Numbered from the stretch's first letter, positions 1 through 9,001 are shown. The stretch: 64,000 bases of DNA from an uncultured archaeon (GCA_000965745.1 CP009479.1:1728001-1792000), one strand, 5' to 3'. Numbers and translations: made by a program. The notes: generated by a model not told the origin, from the sequence alone.

Positions 1-83
1 ACCTTTGCCTCCTCGATAACGAGATGAATGTAGTTGCAACCTACGTAAGGGGAGAGCAGGTTTTTGATTCGGAGAAACCCTGA
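1..83 (+). CDS. 3' end of an amidohydrolase, probably N-acetylglucosamine-6-phosphate deacetylase (partial, runs in from window edge)
   Basis: Not in the ORF track. The frame from nt 3 reads LCLLDNEMNVVATYVRGEQVFDSEKP*, resembling the amidohydrolase C-terminal strand pattern (AD-L-x-x-L-D..V..T...G..V). The NagA identity is inferred from context with murQ and the SIS deaminase. Confidence 0.6.
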   Translation, partial: LCLLDNEMNVVATYVRGEQVFDSEKP

Positions 84-95
84 AAATAAATTCTC

Positions 96-1118
96 CTACA
101 TGAGGAGATACGATGATTTTTCAGATTCAGGCAACCCCGTTACTCTTTGATCAAGCTCCCTTGCCAGAAGATCAATCTCCCGCATTCCAAGATTCTTCCC
201 GTTCTGGCTTAAAACGGTCTGTACAGACCCCAAAACAGCATGGTACCCGAACAGGGGGCTTTCCATTTCCACATTCTCGATCTTGTCGGTGATCTCATTA
301 ACAAAAGTTTCCCAGTAAATTTTCCCTGCCCTGAAGACCCCACCATATCCGCTAACCGGTAGTGGACCTTCCGCACCTAGTAAATTCTGAAGTGAGATGA
401 CTGACCTGGCCGCCTCCGATGCAGCCTCTTCAAGTATGTGAGCTGAAAGTTCATCCCCACTGCTGGCAAGGGACGACACCACTCTTGCGAGGGAGGCAAT
501 CCTTCTGACATTGATCCTTTCACTGTAGACTTCATTGACGAGCCCTCTCGGTTCAGCCACAGAGAATTCATTCATAACCGCTTCCAGTAATTCCTTTGAG
601 TGTAATGTTCTCCCATCGGCAATCTTAGCGGATTCCTGGATCGCTCTCCTCCCAATGTAGAACGCCCCCCCTTCATCACCGATAAACCACCCCCATCCGC
701 TGCACCTCTCAAAACGGTCCCCCTTCCTGCCGTAAGCTATCATCCCGGTCCCCGGTGCAGCAATTATTCCATCCCGGTCCGGGAATCGGCACCTGAATCC
801 GGCTTCGCCGTCATTAAGCAGCGAATATCTGCCCTGAAGCTTGTAGGAGGATATGAAATCATCAATTATCTCGGTGGATTTTGCGGAATCCTTGACGCCA
901 GCCATGGCGAAGGTAAAGTAATCAACCTCCGCCCAGCTGACGCCGCTCCTCCGAAGGGCATCATCGATCGCTGACTTGACATTTAACCTGGCCGCCTCTA
1001 TTCCAACATTCCTGAAATTTGAGGGCCCATTGACGCCAATCTGCAGAATCCTGCCGGAATCATCATAGGCAACAGCAATTGTTTTGGTAGCACCTCCGTC
1101 CAGGGAGACAAAAATCAT
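96..1118 (-). CDS. BadF/BadG/BcrA/BcrD-family N-acetylglucosamine (possibly N-acetylmuramic acid) kinase
   Basis: DGGATKT phosphate-1 motif, GPSN, LLNDG, PGTGM, GWGWFIGDEGGAFYIGR, GGVF. Confidence 0.85.
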   Translation of the reverse strand: MIFVSLDGGATKTIAVAYDDSGRILQIGVNGPSNFRNVGIEAARLNVKSAIDDALRRSGVSWAEVDYFTFAMAGVKDSAKSTEIIDDFISSYKLQGRYSLLNDGEAGFRCRFPDRDGIIAAPGTGMIAYGRKGDRFERCSGWGWFIGDEGGAFYIGRRAIQESAKIADGRTLHSKELLEAVMNEFSVAEPRGLVNEVYSERINVRRIASLARVVSSLASSGDELSAHILEEAASEAARSVISLQNLLGAEGPLPVSGYGGVFRAGKIYWETFVNEITDKIENVEMESPLFGYHAVLGSVQTVLSQNGKNLGMREIDLLARELDQRVTGLPESEKSSYLLM

Positions 1119-1178
1119 TCATCAGTGAGGTGTAGTGCAATTATACATTTTTGGTTGACAAAAAGCTGCCAGGCGGCG

Positions 1179-2267
1179 CTATTCGATATTTCTGAATACT
1201 GCGTTGTGGAACAGCCTCCTGAACCTAAGGATGCCGATGTTGTCCCTTGTTGGGTAAACGCGGTTGCTCAGTACAGTTACGGCAATTTTCCTTTTTATAT
1301 CTATCACCAGGGATGTGCCGGTAAATCCCGTGTGTCCGATAGTGCCAAAGTCCGCATAGTCGCCCATGAATGACGAGAACCCGAAAGAATCACTCGGATT
1401 CCTTGGTCTGGGCAGCTTTATCATCCATCCAAGCCCAAAAGTTCCTCCAAGGTACTCATTGGCCGGCGAGGACATAAGGTTCAGTGTACTGGAAGAGAAA
1501 AGCCTGCATTCAAGAAGGGCATTGGTAAACCTGGACATGTCTTCAAGATTGCTGAAGAGGCCTGCGTGGCCTGCAACTCCGCCAAGATAGAACGCATTTT
1601 CATCGTGCACTTTGCCCCATACGAGGCCACGTTCTTCTGTCATCTCTGTAGGGGCAACCGTATCTTTGGAAAAATCCGGGTTGAAGGACGAACTCTTCAT
1701 TCCAAGAGGATCGAATATCTCTTCACGGGCAAGCACATCGAGACGCTTTCCGGATATGTGCTCAAGGAGGAATGCGAGGGTCATGAAGTTCAAGTCACTG
1801 TACTCCTCTTTTGTATACATGCTGGCAGATGCTGCGAAACCCTTTATTCCAGTGAGATAACCTTCCCTGTTTTGCCCAAAAGAGTACAGCGGGTAATGCC
1901 ATATCAGTCCCGAAGAGTGTGAAAGAAGGGATTTGACAGTCAGCTGTCCAGCTCTGCCAGAATCTGCAAACAGCCCTAGTGATGCAAGGGAGTCATCGAG
2001 CGCAATCTTCCCCCGGTCTAACATTTTCATGACAAGCGTGGTCGTGACTACAGGTTTTGTCAGTGAAGCCATATCAAAAATCGTCTCTTTGTTGAAATGA
2101 AATTCAGGACTGCCAATGTTTCCTTCTGCAAATGCAAATTCGCTTCTTCCCTCAATAGTCACGGAAGCTGCCATTCCCGGTGAAACTGCCGGGATATGTT
2201 CCTTTATCAGGGACCGCAATTCGAGAGTTGCCTCCTTTCTCAATCTTATTCCTGCCAGATCACTCAT
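1179..2267 (-). CDS. Serine hydrolase, beta-lactamase class C-like fold (AmiE/YbbE-YfeW-like; candidate MurNAc-L-Ala amidase)
   Basis: FDMASLTK (SxxK), LLSHSSGL, YSD, GKVHDENA..LGGVAGHAGLFS, GHTGFTGTS, LSNR; no signal peptide. Confidence 0.8.
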   Translation of the reverse strand: MSDLAGIRLRKEATLELRSLIKEHIPAVSPGMAASVTIEGRSEFAFAEGNIGSPEFHFNKETIFDMASLTKPVVTTTLVMKMLDRGKIALDDSLASLGLFADSGRAGQLTVKSLLSHSSGLIWHYPLYSFGQNREGYLTGIKGFAASASMYTKEEYSDLNFMTLAFLLEHISGKRLDVLAREEIFDPLGMKSSSFNPDFSKDTVAPTEMTEERGLVWGKVHDENAFYLGGVAGHAGLFSNLEDMSRFTNALLECRLFSSSTLNLMSSPANEYLGGTFGLGWMIKLPRPRNPSDSFGFSSFMGDYADFGTIGHTGFTGTSLVIDIKRKIAVTVLSNRVYPTRDNIGILRFRRLFHNAVFRNIE

Positions 2268-2296
2268 CCTCCTATCTCAATTCGAAACAGACTGCC

Positions 2297-3280
2297 TCAC
2301 TTCACAACTTTAGTCAACTTTTCGGGCTTGTCAGGGTTCAGGCCCATGCTGTTTGCTTTGTAGTACGCGAGTAGTTGTATCGGAATAGAATACCTTATTG
2401 GGGCAAACATACCTGGATCGTATGGAAGCTTTACCGTATCCATTTCTGCTGATCCCATCGTAATGATGCTGCTCGTGTATTTTTTCATCTCTGAAATGAC
2501 CGGTGAATAGCCATCATAGGCATCTCTCAGTATCATCACCGAGGTATCTGCATCAAGTGTCTGTATCGGGCCGTGCAGATATTCACGTATCTGGTACGCT
2601 TCCGTCAGAAGGTTGCCGGTTTCCCTGAATTTAAGTGCTCCTTCGAGTGCAGTGCCAAACATGTACCCATTTCCAAGAAACACTATTCGGCTTTTCAGGG
2701 CCCTGGAAAGGTGCTCATATTCTCCGGTGTGTGAAGTGGCATTATCTGCCCAGGATGCTATTTCTGTAACATAACTCATCGGGTCCATGCCGTGAAGATG
2801 GCCCTGGATCAAGGCTACAGCTGTCAGCTGGGCAACATAACTCTTCGTTGCAGCTATTGCAGTTTCACTGCCTGCAGATGTTAACACGGATATGTCTGCT
2901 TTATGGGCCAGTGAGCTATTTTCCTCATTCGTTATTCCGATCACCCTTGCACCGCAGACAGCAGAAAGGTTGAGTGCATTCAGTGCATCAGCACTTTCTC
3001 CAGATTGGCTCATAACAACTACTGCCACTTTCTTCTCCGGTTTTCCTGGAATGTAATTTTCAAAATCAGGCGCCTTGACCAGTACTGCCGGCACATCCTC
3101 CTTCAGCAGGGATATTTGCAGAGAAAGGCCTGCATGATAGCTCGTGCCGCTGCCTGTTATGATCACATAATCGGAGCCAAGAAGGGCGTCTGCTGCTTCA
3201 CCTGCTGATTTCCGCACGGATTCAACAGTTCTCAGTATGGATTTTCCATCCTGTTTTATTTCATCAAGCATAACAGACAT
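2297..3280 (-). CDS. Double-SIS sugar isomerase, likely glucosamine-6-phosphate deaminase (GlmS isomerase-domain type)
   Basis: GSGTSYHAG, SQSGES, AGSETAIAATKSY, EGALKFRE, EYLHGP, NPDKPEKLTKVV; lacks the N-terminal glutaminase domain of GlmS. Confidence 0.85.
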   Translation of the reverse strand: MSVMLDEIKQDGKSILRTVESVRKSAGEAADALLGSDYVIITGSGTSYHAGLSLQISLLKEDVPAVLVKAPDFENYIPGKPEKKVAVVVMSQSGESADALNALNLSAVCGARVIGITNEENSSLAHKADISVLTSAGSETAIAATKSYVAQLTAVALIQGHLHGMDPMSYVTEIASWADNATSHTGEYEHLSRALKSRIVFLGNGYMFGTALEGALKFRETGNLLTEAYQIREYLHGPIQTLDADTSVMILRDAYDGYSPVISEMKKYTSSIITMGSAEMDTVKLPYDPGMFAPIRYSIPIQLLAYYKANSMGLNPDKPEKLTKVVK

Positions 3281-3342
3281 TGTTAGGCTTAACCCTCAAA
3301 CAGCTTAAAATTTCACATTCGATCGGAAGCAATATTTCCGAT

Positions 3343-4455
3343 TCAGAGGTTCTTTATTTCATTCAACAATTGAAAGTAGTTATCTCCAGGGAGAATTTTT
3401 CCGAGGACAGCAGGCTTTCCGCCACTTGCCTCAGTGTTGCCAATTCTGTTATGCAGGGTCTGGTTTGCGATAACAGCGAATCCGACACCTTCCCTTGCCT
3501 TGTCGTCTATGCCATGATCGCTGAATCTCTCAACCTTGACTGAAAACAGATCTGCGAGGTCTTTCATAAGTACCGGATTAAAGCTGCCTCCACCGCCTAC
3601 GATTATTGTCCCAATCCTGTGTGGGATAAACCTGTCCATTTGGTCCTTGATGGATTCTGCCGTGAATCTGGTCAGGGTCCTGATCACATCTTTCTGCGGC
3701 ACATCTTCTTCTGAAATCCTCTTCTGTACATAATCTTCTGTGAAATATTCCCTGCCAGTACTTTTTGGAGGACTTTTCCTGAAGTAATCATCGTCCAGGA
3801 GTTTCATGAGCAATGCTTCATTTATAGAGCCTCCCCCGGCAAACTCCCCATTCTCATCATAATCGCGGCCGGTAAATTTCTTCATGAAGGTATCGATGAG
3901 CATATTTCCCGGCCCGGTGTCAAATGCAATTAATCTATCGCCAATGTATGTGATGTTGGAAATTCCACCTATGTTCAGAGTAACAGTTCCTTCCTCCCCG
4001 AACAATAGCTTGTCGGAAAGTGGAATGAGTGGCGCTCCATCACCACCCATGCTCAGGTCGGTTGTCCTGAAATCGAAAATAACCGTTTTCCGGGTTCTGG
4101 AGAAAATCTCAGAGGGCTCTCCGATCTGAAGTGTCCCTTTATCACGTTTGCCGAGTGATGGACCATGAAATACGGTATACCCGGAAAATGCCACAACATC
4201 ATAATCCCAGTCGAGTATCCCGAGCGACTCTCCCACAAACCGGCCAAGGTACCAGTGGGCTTCGCTGAATTCCTCACTGGTCAACGGTTTCATGGTTGAA
4301 ACTTTGAGCAGCATTTCCCTGAGTGAATCGCTGAATGGAAATTCAACATGCTGCAGCACCCTGACTCTAGTGGTCTCATCCCACCCGTTGATTTCCAGAA
4401 GCGAAATGCTCAATCCATCAGTGGATGTTCCGGTTACGACAGAGGCAAACTTCAA
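3343..4455 (-). CDS. anmK: Anhydro-N-acetylmuramic acid kinase
   Basis: GTSTDG, TLQIG, DFRTTD..GGDGAPL, LNIGGISNIT, AFDTGPGNMLID, PPKSTGREYF, GGGSFN; TTG start. Confidence 0.93.
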   Translation of the reverse strand: MKFASVVTGTSTDGLSISLLEINGWDETTRVRVLQHVEFPFSDSLREMLLKVSTMKPLTSEEFSEAHWYLGRFVGESLGILDWDYDVVAFSGYTVFHGPSLGKRDKGTLQIGEPSEIFSRTRKTVIFDFRTTDLSMGGDGAPLIPLSDKLLFGEEGTVTLNIGGISNITYIGDRLIAFDTGPGNMLIDTFMKKFTGRDYDENGEFAGGGSINEALLMKLLDDDYFRKSPPKSTGREYFTEDYVQKRISEEDVPQKDVIRTLTRFTAESIKDQMDRFIPHRIGTIIVGGGGSFNPVLMKDLADLFSVKVERFSDHGIDDKAREGVGFAVIANQTLHNRIGNTEASGGKPAVLGKILPGDNYFQLLNEIKNL

Positions 4456-4511
4456 TGATCACAATATACGGCAGAATGTAAAAATGCTTTGAATAATCAA
4501 TTCAGATAAAT

Positions 4512-4521
4512 TATTAATGCA
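4512..4521 (+). promoter_or_regulatory. TATA-like box upstream of murQ
   Basis: TATTAATGCA in the divergent anmK/murQ gap; the identical 10-mer occurs at 7343-7352 upstream of dppA. Confidence 0.35.
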
Positions 4522-4544
4522 TAGTTAACCTCATAGGTAAGGAA

Positions 4545-5366
4545 ATGGAAGGCACAGAAGACAACAATACATTTTCGAGGAACATAGACCAATGGAATAC
4601 GCCTGAAATTCTCAAGTTCATCCATCTATCAGACATCGATGCCTATGAAGCGGTTTCTGCAGCAATGGAACAGATAACGGAAGCAACGGAGAAGATAGTT
4701 GAAAGGCTTGATGATGGCGGAAGAGTCATCTATGCGGGAGCCGGGACAAGCGGAAGGCTGGCTGCTCAGGACGTCGCTGAACTCTGGCCAACATACGGTA
4801 TAGGTTCGACACTCTTTGACTACATAATAGCCGGGGGCAGGGAGGCAATCAGCCACTCAGTCGAAGGTGCAGAAGACAGCCTGCAGGAATCGGTTGACCT
4901 TTTGAAGCAGAAAGGTTTGGGGAAAAATGATGTTGTCTTCGGAATAACAGCTTCCGGAACTACCCCGTTTGTCTTATCTGCACTTGAATATGCCAGGTCG
5001 GTGGGCGCCCTGTCAGTCGGAATGACGAATAACAGGTGCAGGCCTGTTGAGGAGATCGCAAAGATTGCAATAGTTCTGAACACCGGACCTGAGGTTATAC
5101 AGGGGTCTACAAGGATGAAAGCTGGAACATCACAGAAAATGGTCCTGAGCATGATTTCCACAGCAGTTGCCATCAAGCTTGGCTACACCCACAGGAACAC
5201 CATGTCCAACATGGGCGCATGGTACAACCAGAAGCTCCAGAGGAGGGCAGTGAAGATGGTTGTCCAGGAGTTTGGCGTGAGTGAAGCAGATGCAAGGAAG
5301 CTGCTTGAAGACCACTCCTACAGGATCGCGGAGGTATTTTCGCTCCTAAGCAGAAAAAAGGGCTGA
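4545..5366 (+). CDS. murQ: N-acetylmuramic acid 6-phosphate etherase
   Basis: GAGTSGRL, D..E..PTY, IAGG, VEGAED, GITASGTTPFV, TGPEVIQGSTRMKAGTSQKMVL. Confidence 0.95.
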   Translation: MEGTEDNNTFSRNIDQWNTPEILKFIHLSDIDAYEAVSAAMEQITEATEKIVERLDDGGRVIYAGAGTSGRLAAQDVAELWPTYGIGSTLFDYIIAGGREAISHSVEGAEDSLQESVDLLKQKGLGKNDVVFGITASGTTPFVLSALEYARSVGALSVGMTNNRCRPVEEIAKIAIVLNTGPEVIQGSTRMKAGTSQKMVLSMISTAVAIKLGYTHRNTMSNMGAWYNQKLQRRAVKMVVQEFGVSEADARKLLEDHSYRIAEVFSLLSRKKG

Positions 5367-5426
5367 AAGGAAGTTATGCGTGATACACACATCGAAAATA
5401 CCGGTGCCCAAACGAATGCAGAATGA

Positions 5427-6533
5427 ATGGCGGCAAAAAACATGATTCTATCGTATTGCTTCAGAGACTCGAACGGAGATATAATTGAGTCCTGCAACCA
5501 GACGTATCCTCTTCTTCCCGCCTCAAACATTAAGGTCGTCTCCGGCTATACGGCTTACAGGATGCTCGGAAGAGACTTTGAGTTCAGGACCGATTTCTCC
5601 CTCCATGATAAAGATATGCTGATACACGGTGATCCAACGCCATTGCTGAGCAGGCAGAAGCTCAGGGAAATACTAGTGGCGTCCGGGTTAGACAGGAAAG
5701 ACCTTGAAAGGGTGCTTTTCAAAGATGATATATTTGACGACAGGGAATTTGCGGATGGCTGGAGTATAGAAGACATAGGCTTCTGCTACCAGGCCCGGGT
5801 TGTCCCTTTCTCAGTCGACGAGGGGTGCTACTGTAAAGAACAGGGTGGGTGTGATGGAAGTGCGCCCCTCCATGATGTCGCCAAACAATCGGTAAATGAC
5901 CAGCTGGCAAATTTTGCCAGGGAGATATCCAGTATTGTTTCAGCGAACAACGAAATAGAATACGGCCGGTTCACCCATAATTCCAGCAATCCTCATTTCG
6001 TTTACAGGGAGAGCCTGCTGGATATTCTAGACCACATTGAAGTTTACAGCTGCAATTTTTCAATAGAGGTGCTTACAAAATATCTGTCCTACAGAAAGAC
6101 TGGCAGGGGTTCATGGGAGGACTCTGCAGAAATAATATCGGATTACATGAAATCGCTGGGGCTGGATGCATCAGGCATAAGAATCGTCGACGGGTCCGGC
6201 CTTTCAAGGTCAAACCTGATGAGTACGGAATTTCTTTCAGATCTGGCACACAAAATCATCGAGAATGGTGACAACGAATTCATGAAACTTCTGCCCTCTC
6301 CGGGAAGGGGAACATTGAGGGGCAGGCTGGACAAGCTTTCAAATTTAGGCCTGCACGCCAAAACAGGCTCTCTCGAATATTGTGGAAGCCTGACAGGCTA
6401 CCTGGAGAAGCCTGGAGTCTTTTTCAGCATAATCATAAACAACTCTCTGGAGAATGGGAAAAAGATCATAAACAAGATAGACAACCTCCTGGTGGATTTC
6501 CTTGGCAGAAACGGGATTCAATTGGAAGGTTAG
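5427..6533 (+). CDS. dacB: Peptidase S13 D-Ala-D-Ala carboxypeptidase/DD-endopeptidase (PBP4-like), no signal peptide
   Basis: PASNIK (SxxK), GDP, SCN (SxN), DGSGLSRSN, GTLRGR, AKTGSL (KTG). Confidence 0.88.
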   Translation: MAAKNMILSYCFRDSNGDIIESCNQTYPLLPASNIKVVSGYTAYRMLGRDFEFRTDFSLHDKDMLIHGDPTPLLSRQKLREILVASGLDRKDLERVLFKDDIFDDREFADGWSIEDIGFCYQARVVPFSVDEGCYCKEQGGCDGSAPLHDVAKQSVNDQLANFAREISSIVSANNEIEYGRFTHNSSNPHFVYRESLLDILDHIEVYSCNFSIEVLTKYLSYRKTGRGSWEDSAEIISDYMKSLGLDASGIRIVDGSGLSRSNLMSTEFLSDLAHKIIENGDNEFMKLLPSPGRGTLRGRLDKLSNLGLHAKTGSLEYCGSLTGYLEKPGVFFSIIINNSLENGKKIINKIDNLLVDFLGRNGIQLEG

Positions 6534-7261
6534 GTTATTTCCACGAGCTCTCTCTGCTCAACCTTCTCTATTTTAACGTCATGCGGAAATCTGGAAGCCT
6601 TCAGCAGGCTCGATGAGACCACTCCCACCCAGCCTTCTTTCTCGACCCGGTACATCGTAACATATTCATTGTCAAACCTGCTGTCCCCGTAGTAAAAGAG
6701 CCTCCCCTTCCTGGTGACCTTGTCAACAGCAAGGACAAATATGTTGTTCGTTGTTTTTACAAAATCAAACCTTCCTGAATCCTCTAGGGTTTTTCGTATC
6801 TTTTCTTCAATATCTCCCTCCTGCCTCATCAGGTACTCAAGAAAGAACTCACTGTCCGGCTGATTGTCAAGATTACCTTCATTGAGGGCGCCGGCTATGT
6901 TCTCTTTCCTGTATGAGCCATTATGAACGAGATAGACGTCGTACTCAGTGTTGCTTCGGTGATGGGGGTGCGAGTCAAGCATTCCGACCGGTTCACCTGC
7001 GGCTGCCTTTCGTGCATGGACAACAAGTATCCCACTTTCGGGGAACTCAGGTTTTCTGCTGTTGAAAATAGGCTCCCGGTACCTTCTGAAATCTATTGAG
7101 TTTTGGTCCATAGCCACATATCCCCAGCCATCGTCGTGGGACGGGTCACCTTTTCTGTCTTCAGGGAACAGTGGATCATGCCTGCATACTTCTACAAGCG
7201 ATTCAAAAACATCATTCGCATCAGATTTGAAATCCCCAAACATCGTAAACATTCTACACAA
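6530..7261 (-). CDS. Class II glutamine amidotransferase-like Ntn hydrolase (YafJ/EgtC/Dug3-like)
   Basis: The true start is most likely TTG at 7261, giving M-C-R-M-F with the N-terminal Cys nucleophile; HDDGWG, HARKA, HPH, HNGS, DSE. The ORF-track extension to 7357 is probably non-coding. Confidence 0.85.
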   Translation of the reverse strand: MCRMFTMFGDFKSDANDVFESLVEVCRHDPLFPEDRKGDPSHDDGWGYVAMDQNSIDFRRYREPIFNSRKPEFPESGILVVHARKAAAGEPVGMLDSHPHHRSNTEYDVYLVHNGSYRKENIAGALNEGNLDNQPDSEFFLEYLMRQEGDIEEKIRKTLEDSGRFDFVKTTNNIFVLAVDKVTRKGRLFYYGDSRFDNEYVTMYRVEKEGWVGVVSSSLLKASRFPHDVKIEKVEQRELVEIT

Positions 7262-7369
7262 TTCAGAGCGCCCGGTCTTGAGAAGCATTCCATTGGATAA
7301 ATATGATCCTGCCCGTGGTTGTTGTCTCATTCTGGAAATGAATATTAATGCAAACACACATGATCAACA

Positions 7370-8191
7370 ATGAGGATACTGATCTCGGTTGATGCAGAGG
7401 GGCTTCAGGGCATAACGTTCGGTACGCAGGTTCTTCCCGGGATGCCCGATTATTATCTGGCAAGAGAGACAATGGCACAGTCGGTAAACAGCGTGGGACG
7501 GGGAATTAGGTCAAGCGGTGTCGCCGAGAAGGTTACTGTTGTAGATTCACACGATGGAAGCAGGAATATACTTGCAGAATCACTCGACCCGGGAATTTCA
7601 TTGATAACTGGGGGACCTAAGCCCTTGAGCATGGTCGAGGGAGCCAGGAAAACTGATAAAATGTTCTTACTGGGTTATCACCCCAGGGCAGGAACTGAAG
7701 CCGGTGTACTTGACCACACCTATTCCACCAATGTTCACAGGCTCAGGATAAACGGGGAAGAAATGGGGGAGATTGGCCTGAGTGCCTCAGTTGCCGGCCA
7801 TTTTGGAGTCCCCGTTACTTTGTTGGCAGGAGACAGGGCTGCGGTTGGGGAAGGTGAGAAGATTATCAATGACGCTGAATTTGTAGTCCTGAAAGATGGC
7901 ATATCCAGGTACTCTGCAGAAACTTCAGTTCCAGTTGATGCCGAATCGATGCTGGAGAAATCTGCGCTTAAAGGTGCCAGGAGAAAGGGAACTCCTTTCG
8001 TCATTGATGGCAGCGTGGAAGTTTCATTAGAATTCCAGAACACGGGGATGGCGGACAACTGCATGATGCTTCCCGGTACGGTCAGAAAGGACGGCTATAC
8101 AGTACAGGCTGAAGCAAAGGATATCGTTGAGGCATACAGGATTTTCAGGGTGCTTGTATCGCTGTCATCATTTGATCATGGTGGTTATTGA
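7370..8191 (+). CDS. dppA: M55 family D-aminopeptidase (D-Ala-D-Ala hydrolysing)
   Basis: ISVDAEG (DxE), DSH, SMV, GYH..AG...GVLDHT, MGE, AGHFGVPV..GD. Confidence 0.92.
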   Translation: MRILISVDAEGLQGITFGTQVLPGMPDYYLARETMAQSVNSVGRGIRSSGVAEKVTVVDSHDGSRNILAESLDPGISLITGGPKPLSMVEGARKTDKMFLLGYHPRAGTEAGVLDHTYSTNVHRLRINGEEMGEIGLSASVAGHFGVPVTLLAGDRAAVGEGEKIINDAEFVVLKDGISRYSAETSVPVDAESMLEKSALKGARRKGTPFVIDGSVEVSLEFQNTGMADNCMMLPGTVRKDGYTVQAEAKDIVEAYRIFRVLVSLSSFDHGGY

Positions 8192-8203
8192 AGGGAGCCG
8201 ACA

Positions 8204-8920
8204 TCAATATGGCAGGCTGATCCTTGTGGATCTGTCGATTCTGCCTATTTTTTCAAATATTTTCAAAAGAAGCTGTGAATATTCACTACCATCAGACAGA
8301 TCACTGTAGGTAACTCCGCCGTTGTGGAGGTTCGCATGGATTATCGTGTTGTTCCCAAGATAGAGGCCAACGTGTCCTTCAAAGAAGACAAGGTCGCCTG
8401 ATTCAGCGTCTTCAAACGAGTCGACTGTTAATGAATTATCCCTCTGCCAACCCGCATTTCTCGGAATTTCAATCCCATTGAACCTGAAAAGCCTCTGCGT
8501 GAAGCCTGAGCAGTCATAGCCCAGATCGGACGTGCCTCCCCAGAGGTATGGGACTGTCAGGAACTCATGGGCAGACTCTGAAGGTTCAAGCCTTTCTTCA
8601 AGTTTCATCAGCAGGTTTTCGGGGATATCATGTTCGGAAATATCATCATCGTTGACACAGGACCCGAATGAAAAGATCATTCTCGTTGAGCGATAATTTC
8701 TCCTAATCCTGTAATTTTTCTTTCTGCCTTCCGATACCAGGGTTCTGAGGACGTATCCTTTCAGCTTGTCCGCCCCTTCCACGTAAAGGTAATCATCGGA
8801 TTCTGAAATCACCTTGACTTCTTCGCCGAATATTAGCTGAGAGTCCCTTTCACTGTGAAAGTCTGCCCCGACCCTGACATCTGCAACGCTGAAGGAAATG
8901 TATGACATGCCTGCGGTCAT
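8204..8920 (-). CDS. NlpC/P60 (C40) peptidase with N-terminal SH3-like region; YkfC-like gamma-D-glutamyl-diamino acid endopeptidase
   Basis: PYLWGG, DCSG (catalytic Cys), IPRN...Q, GDLVFFEGHVGLY, IHAN; N-terminal SQLIFGE.V...GYV resembles SH3b; no signal peptide. Confidence 0.85.
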   Translation of the reverse strand: MTAGMSYISFSVADVRVGADFHSERDSQLIFGEEVKVISESDDYLYVEGADKLKGYVLRTLVSEGRKKNYRIRRNYRSTRMIFSFGSCVNDDDISEHDIPENLLMKLEERLEPSESAHEFLTVPYLWGGTSDLGYDCSGFTQRLFRFNGIEIPRNAGWQRDNSLTVDSFEDAESGDLVFFEGHVGLYLGNNTIIHANLHNGGVTYSDLSDGSEYSQLLLKIFEKIGRIDRSTRISLPY

Positions 8921-8972
8921 TCTCAGGACGCCTTAAAAGCTTTTTACCCGATTCTTCACTCTCCTGATGCAA

Positions 8973-8980
8973 CTTAAATA
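8973..8980 (+). promoter_or_regulatory. TATA-like box upstream of lysA (likely leaderless transcript)
   Basis: CTTAAATA ending 21 nt before the ATG at 9002; no SD visible. Confidence 0.4.
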
Positions 8981-9001
8981 AGATGGCAAAGATACTGTGG
9001 C

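Noticed and set aside
1179-2267. Beta-lactam resistance gene
   Set aside because: The VHDENA/GHAGLFS subfamily and murQ/anmK context point to an AmiE/YfeW-type muropeptide hydrolase. It has no signal peptide, and an archaeal host has no beta-lactam target.
2297-7261. Split glmS (SIS gene + class II GATase gene)
   Set aside because: The GATase has YafJ/EgtC-type motifs (HDDGWG, HARKA), not GlmS CGI/GHTRWATHG. The genes are non-adjacent and the context is catabolic.
5427-8920. Secreted antibacterial (predatory) murein hydrolases
   Set aside because: No signal peptides, and no muramidase or lytic transglycosylase in the window. This cannot be excluded for genes elsewhere.
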